Shown: positions 53,541-58,209 of the stretch, one piece after another
How positions within the stretch are numbered: the stretch's first letter is position 1
Layout of the letters: each line of letters begins with the position of its first letter
Virus record (IMG/VR): IMGVR_UViG_3300034012_000235
Span: 1 to 58,209 of that record
Reading direction: 5' to 3' (one strand)
Source: a virus
Lineage: Duplodnaviria; Caudoviricetes
Length of the DNA stretch: 58,209 nt
Program-made: the position numbers and the translations under genes
Notes under the pieces: model-generated
The model's input: the letters and a program-made list of their open reading frames with translations, nothing else
The model's database searches: none
Told to the model about the DNA's origin: nothing

Positions 53541-55748
53541 TCAATAACCTCGGACGTCACCAATGTCAGCACTCAGGATGACTCGGCCTAGCTGATAGTC
53601 GCCATCAGCCACATTTGACACGAACTTCAACCGCAATTCACGGCGTTGTTCCTTCATGTCAATTTTGTTCGTATTAGGGGCAAATGTATAGGGGGCCGAC
53701 TCAACATCTTGAGATTGTGCGTAGGGCCTGCCCGTCACAATCAAAGACATATCCCCATCTTGGATGAAGTCAGGCTCAACACGCTCAAGCCTCAACCAGT
53801 TGTTCTGACCAACCATTGCAGGCTCAGCAGGGCCACCAGACACCCAGCCAAGATCATTCGTCTCAAAGTAGCTCTCAATGGCCGTTACGTTCGTGCCATC
53901 AATCGCATTGACACCGATCTCATGCTGGTAGACCTTGATCAGATCAGGTCTGGTGCTGAACGTAGCAGTCACAGTTCCAGTACCGGTGGCCGCGGCAGAC
54001 ATCTGAATGCCCTGAGCGTAGAGAGCCGATACAGGAACCGCAAAGCCTGCTCCAGAGCCACCCAAGTTGGTGTTGCTGGCACTCAGCGAATCCCCAAGTT
54101 CATAACCAGCACCGGCATTGGTAACTGTCACAGCAGTCACGGCGCCACCGCTGACAGTAATCGTGGCAAGAGCATTTGCCCCACTGCCGCCAGTAAGAGG
54201 TACGTTCGTGTACGTTGCGTTAGGGTAGCCAGAGCCACCCGTAATGGCACCAAGAGTCTTGATGTTGCTTGCAGTGATAGCAATCACAGAAGCACCACTG
54301 ACGATGTTAGTGCCATCAACCATCTGCCCCAGGGTCACATCTACGTTATAGGTGTCCAACAACAGCACATCACTGCCATTAGTAGTATCCACGCTAGATG
54401 TGCTCGACTCGACTTCTTCAGTTGTCTCCCAACTAGCAGACACTGGGAACGCAAACACCTGAGAGAAGTACCCCGCAGACCGTCTTGCGCCTAACGCCTG
54501 ACCGGCGTCATACCAAGTGTTCTCGCGGATGTTGTAGATGATCGCGTCATTGCACTCAGTGGAGTCCCCCCTAGGGTAGAACCACCAAACTTCACCAAAC
54601 CGAGGAACCTTGGTCACCCATACTTTTTGACGCTGCGAGTAGTTCAGGTTGTCAAAAAAGTAGTTCTGATTCAGGTCGTTAGGGATTTCCTTGACAACGC
54701 CGTTGTACAGCAGGAATCGATCCACACCACACCAGTAATACACGCCGTCGTACTCAATCGCAGACTGGCTGGACAAAATAGAAGACTGGCTTGAGACGAT
54801 GTCGTATCGCCAATACTGAGCCGGAGTCCCCTGACCACCGATGTAGCTCACCTTGACAAGACTATCCAGGCTCCAGAACAAACCACTGGGAGAGTTAGAG
54901 CCACCTCGAACCGGAAGCCCCTGAACGAACTTTCCTGTAGCCACGTTAACTTCATTGGCATCCGCAGACACCCAGTCTTGAGCATTCCCCGCAGAGCAGT
55001 TCCTGATTAGCCCGCTGTTCCCGTAGACAAACACATACGGGTGCAGAGTCACAACACCACCAGAGACCTCAACATTGTTGTTAAACGTCAGGGTCACTGA
55101 ACCAGAGGCAGTGGCATTGTTGGACAGCGTAACCGTCGTAGTGGAGACAGAAACAACAGTTGTGTTATCAGGTATGCCAGTTCCAGTAACAGACTGCCCT
55201 GCACCGATCAACAGATTAGTCGCCGCCAGAGTCACTGTAGGCAAACCACTTGATGTAGTTGCCGTGTCAGTAAACACGCCAATCTGAGACATCGTTAGAC
55301 CATTGATGTCCCCAATCAGGACAGGAGTATTTATCGTTGAGTCCGTCGCCGCTAGGTTCTGCCCAGGATGCGCTACCAACGAAGCGTTGCCTGAGCCATC
55401 TACATCATAGAACCCGTCAAACTGCCACAGGTTTAATGAGCTTGCAGTGAAGTTGTTAAGAGTCAAGTTCGCAACACCAGCGCCAACACCGTTGTCGTCA
55501 ATAACAAGCTGCTGCAGGCCCGATGCATGACCGCTGAAGATGTAGTTGAAGTTGTTCTGGGCATTGACCCAAATGCCCCTGGACGGACCTGTCAGTTGGT
55601 CCGAGATGACTCTATAGCCAGCAATCTTGCGAGGTCTTCCGCGCTGGAAACGAACCCAACGTCCATCGCTATAGAACTGCTTGTCAAAGACAGTTCCATC
55701 CCTCTGGATGCCAGATTTCGTATCTAGGGCAAAGACTTTTTGAGTCAT
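53541..55748 (-). CDS. Tail nozzle / tubular protein B-like (P22 gp10-type)
   Basis: GRWVRFQRGRPRKIAG N-terminus, propeller-like body, EVWWFYP, RVEPDF; inserted beta domains. Confidence 0.7.
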   Translation of the reverse strand: MTQKVFALDTKSGIQRDGTVFDKQFYSDGRWVRFQRGRPRKIAGYRVISDQLTGPSRGIWVNAQNNFNYIFSGHASGLQQLVIDDNGVGAGVANLTLNNFTASSLNLWQFDGFYDVDGSGNASLVAHPGQNLAATDSTINTPVLIGDINGLTMSQIGVFTDTATTSSGLPTVTLAATNLLIGAGQSVTGTGIPDNTTVVSVSTTTVTLSNNATASGSVTLTFNNNVEVSGGVVTLHPYVFVYGNSGLIRNCSAGNAQDWVSADANEVNVATGKFVQGLPVRGGSNSPSGLFWSLDSLVKVSYIGGQGTPAQYWRYDIVSSQSSILSSQSAIEYDGVYYWCGVDRFLLYNGVVKEIPNDLNQNYFFDNLNYSQRQKVWVTKVPRFGEVWWFYPRGDSTECNDAIIYNIRENTWYDAGQALGARRSAGYFSQVFAFPVSASWETTEEVESSTSSVDTTNGSDVLLLDTYNVDVTLGQMVDGTNIVSGASVIAITASNIKTLGAITGGSGYPNATYTNVPLTGGSGANALATITVSGGAVTAVTVTNAGAGYELGDSLSASNTNLGGSGAGFAVPVSALYAQGIQMSAAATGTGTVTATFSTRPDLIKVYQHEIGVNAIDGTNVTAIESYFETNDLGWVSGGPAEPAMVGQNNWLRLERVEPDFIQDGDMSLIVTGRPYAQSQDVESAPYTFAPNTNKIDMKEQRRELRLKFVSNVADGDYQLGRVILSADIGDVRGY

Positions 55749-56990
55749 TTAGAACACACCGCCTTGAACGCCGCCCGTAAAGTTTCCGGTGCCGGTAATC
55801 GACAAGCCTGTTGCAGTGAGCCCGAACCTCTTAGAACCAGTGATCGTGATGCCGAATTCACCAGAGCCTGGGCGATAAACACCCGTTGAGGTTTCGCTTG
55901 CAAAGTTCAGAGACGGAGCGCCAGCAGATCCGTTCGCCAAAGACAGCGCAGTTGCTCCAGCAGCAATCGTGGATGCATTCAACAGGTTTACAGAGTCGCA
56001 CAGCAAGATCACCTGTTGACCAGCAGGAACCGTCGCAGTACCACCACCGGCAATTCCAGTAGTAAATGTGATCGTGTATCCAGAGCCGGTGCCATCAGTC
56101 TGATTCGTGAGGTAGTACACCTGAATCGTCTGCGGCACAGTAACAACTACGTTACCAGTCAGAGTGCCCGTGTACTTTTGAATCGGGTTTGACGCCTCTG
56201 CGGCACTCAATGTATACGATCCATTCGTAACAGCTTTTGTCAACTGAGTGAAGTTGAACTGCGTACTCTTGCCCAGGCCAACCGTAAAGAATGCAGTTCC
56301 TGAGCAGGCAACAATACATGAGTCTGTTGGCTGCAGATCAATTGAGGCCGCGCCGTTGATCAGGTTGCCACCAGAAGGGGCAATTGCCAGCGTCCCGGTT
56401 CCTCCATTCCTGACCAGAACGAACCAGTCATCGCCCAGAGTGGAGACTGAAGTCAGCGTCAGCGTTCCCGCTCCAGCAGTCCATACATAGGTGCTGGCTC
56501 GATCTGAAGACACCGCGGTGTAGTTTGATGAGAACGTATTGACCGGGAACGCAGCATTCAGCGTGTTGCTGATAGCCTTCAGCCCATACCCTGCAAGGGT
56601 GGCTGCATCAGCATTGGACGTTCCTACACCAAACGCAATGATCCCCCACGTTCCCGCGGTGGTGGCATTAGTCTTGATGTAGATGTACTTTGACTCACTC
56701 GCCGCGATAGAAACAATCGTGTTCCCGGCGTAGTCAGTGACAACGAAGGTGTTTGCGCCAATGTTGCGGATCAGGGCATCTTGACCAACAGACGCCTGAT
56801 TGGCGGGCGGCATAGCCAGTTGCAGCGACCCAGCAGTCGCCGTAACGTCCATGATCCGCGCAGCATAGTTGTCTGTCGCGTTACCGTTGATCGGCCACGA
56901 AAGAGTCGTATTGGCCGACAGAGTGATGCTGCGATACGAGACATCCGTTGGCTGGATGACGTTCCCAGTGAATGGACTGTTGAAGCTCAT
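55749..56990 (-). CDS. Tail structural / fibre protein
   Basis: T/G/S-rich; GSAGAPSLNF...TGVYR fibre motif. Confidence 0.65.
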   Translation of the reverse strand: MSFNSPFTGNVIQPTDVSYRSITLSANTTLSWPINGNATDNYAARIMDVTATAGSLQLAMPPANQASVGQDALIRNIGANTFVVTDYAGNTIVSIAASESKYIYIKTNATTAGTWGIIAFGVGTSNADAATLAGYGLKAISNTLNAAFPVNTFSSNYTAVSSDRASTYVWTAGAGTLTLTSVSTLGDDWFVLVRNGGTGTLAIAPSGGNLINGAASIDLQPTDSCIVACSGTAFFTVGLGKSTQFNFTQLTKAVTNGSYTLSAAEASNPIQKYTGTLTGNVVVTVPQTIQVYYLTNQTDGTGSGYTITFTTGIAGGGTATVPAGQQVILLCDSVNLLNASTIAAGATALSLANGSAGAPSLNFASETSTGVYRPGSGEFGITITGSKRFGLTATGLSITGTGNFTGGVQGGVF

Positions 56991-57625
56991 CAGGAATCCT
57001 TCGCAACCGCTTGCCTGTCGCCAATCCTGAGCGTGTCTTCCGTCTTCAGGACATTGACGATTTGATCATATTGTGCCTGCCACATGCCCATTCTTTCGTC
57101 GTTCTTTAGGAACGGCATCGCCTGTAAGAGCGACCCATACAGCAGGGCTTGCGGAGCATATTGGGTGAACCAGTTTGACTGATTTGATGAGTCCAAGGGA
57201 GCTAGGCGCTCGTAGTACAGGACTTCATACACATAGTCATCTGCAGGCGTAGGCGCCACTAACCAGTGCGTGTAATCGTAGTCGCAGTAATACTTTGGAA
57301 CATCTTCCTGTGCGGGATCAGGCCAATACTCACGCAAATACTCGTACTTGCGAAGCAGGACAGGTTGTCTTTGGCCGCCAACGGTGACGTTCATTGAGAC
57401 AGTCTTGCGCCACCGAGCAGGCTTATCAATGGTGGCTTGACCCTCAACCATGTTTGAGGTTGCAACCGTCAGGTTCCCCAAGAACTTCAGGTCTGCCGCC
57501 AAGACTTGCTCGGCCAGCATGATGAAGGTCGGTATCTTGTCAATCGTGGCTTGGTCTGTGCGCTCTAGATAAGTCTCAATGTCAGCAGCCAAGCTGTCAT
57601 ACGTCATCACTGCTGCGACTGGCAT
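56990..57625 (-). CDS. Tail adaptor / tubular protein A-like
   Basis: IPTFIMLAE...APTPAD.Y...NWFT..APQALLYGSL.QAMPFLKND. Confidence 0.75.
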   Translation of the reverse strand: MPVAAVMTYDSLAADIETYLERTDQATIDKIPTFIMLAEQVLAADLKFLGNLTVATSNMVEGQATIDKPARWRKTVSMNVTVGGQRQPVLLRKYEYLREYWPDPAQEDVPKYYCDYDYTHWLVAPTPADDYVYEVLYYERLAPLDSSNQSNWFTQYAPQALLYGSLLQAMPFLKNDERMGMWQAQYDQIVNVLKTEDTLRIGDRQAVAKDS

Positions 57626-57626
57626 A

Positions 57627-58019
57627 TCACCACACCTTTTTCTTGATTGACTCGGGCTGAGACACGAACTGCTTACCCTGTTTCATCCCTTCCCGTTTCG
57701 CCCGAGAAGTGGCTCCGTACTCAGCAGGAGTCAGCTTTTCAATCTTGGCTTTGGGCAGATATCTTTCACCCGTAGCCTCTGAGCCTTGAGTAGAGGGCTT
57801 ACCAGACTTGGTGCCCCATTCCTCTTTGGTCCACTTACTGAGGGAATTATCGGCCTTCTTCTGGCCTTTGTAACCGCCTCCAGAAGCCTTGTACTTCTGG
57901 GTGGCTAGTTGAGCCTTACGAGCGCTCCACTGCCCCGAAGAACCGCCTTTATCGGAGGCCTTGACAGAAGCAACGATGCGCTTCCATTTGCTGGGATCAG
58001 ACTTGACAGCAGTGCTCAT
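57627..58019 (-). CDS. Small highly basic protein
   Basis: GQWSARKAQL...WTKEEWGTKSGKPS...ERYLPK. Confidence 0.75.
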   Translation of the reverse strand: MSTAVKSDPSKWKRIVASVKASDKGGSSGQWSARKAQLATQKYKASGGGYKGQKKADNSLSKWTKEEWGTKSGKPSTQGSEATGERYLPKAKIEKLTPAEYGATSRAKREGMKQGKQFVSQPESIKKKVW

Positions 58020-58142
58020 AGTTGCCCCAGCAGTGCCGCCTCTGCGGCTCTACGCTTGACCAGACCGGGCAGTACTTTGCCGCCACCGCGCACCCACAGG
58101 GCCAACTGCTCCTTGGCACCTTCCCAGTCCTGCTCGTCAATC
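58016..58142 (-). CDS. Endolysin, 3' part (continues from 341..1)
   Basis: ...WVRGGGKVLPGLVKRRAAEAALL GH24 C-terminal motif. Confidence 0.9.
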
Positions 58143-58209
58143 TTACGCCGCAGGGTGCTGCCGCGATACCGGGCCACGCCAAGATTGTAAGCAAAGTCGG
58201 CCATAGCAC

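Noticed and set aside
58143-58209. Terminal direct repeat as a biological genome end
   Set aside because: It is an exact 67-nt overlap in the middle of the endolysin gene, typical of assembler circularisation rather than a packaged terminal repeat.

Overview
This window is an apparently complete, circularly assembled genome of a tailed dsDNA phage (about 58,142 bp; bases 1-67 repeat at 58143-58209 and the endolysin gene runs across the join). It has podovirus-like architecture. The minus strand carries terS/terL, a 1123-aa multidomain protein, portal, a GroES-like co-chaperonin, scaffold, major capsid, adaptors, a five-LamG fibre, the lysis genes, a nozzle, a second fibre cassette and ejection proteins including a 3022-aa giant. 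An early region (25.1-35.7 kb) is split by back-to-back sigma70 promoters and holds a lambdoid-type Cro / DUF1376 initiator / P-like loader module, RuvC- and Ref-like nucleases, SSB, MazG and an exonuclease. I found no integrase, CI repressor, DNA polymerase, tRNA or CRISPR array. A freshwater betaproteobacterial host is a weak inference from gene content. Highlights: (1) a promoter-driven, ~385-nt, densely base-paired non-coding RNA with pseudoknots, followed by a small basic ORF, between terminase and portal; (2) a recurring [YMFL]-[AK]-x-G-G peptide motif at domain boundaries of several unrelated virion-region proteins, a candidate packaging tag or polyprotein cleavage signal; (3) an SD-sequestering RNA leader between two DUF1376 paralogues; (4) a three-hairpin 3' element resembling an antisense sRNA; (5) a fibre with GC-rich conserved linkers and AT-rich variable LamG cores. 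All product calls come from motif recognition and synteny, not database searches.
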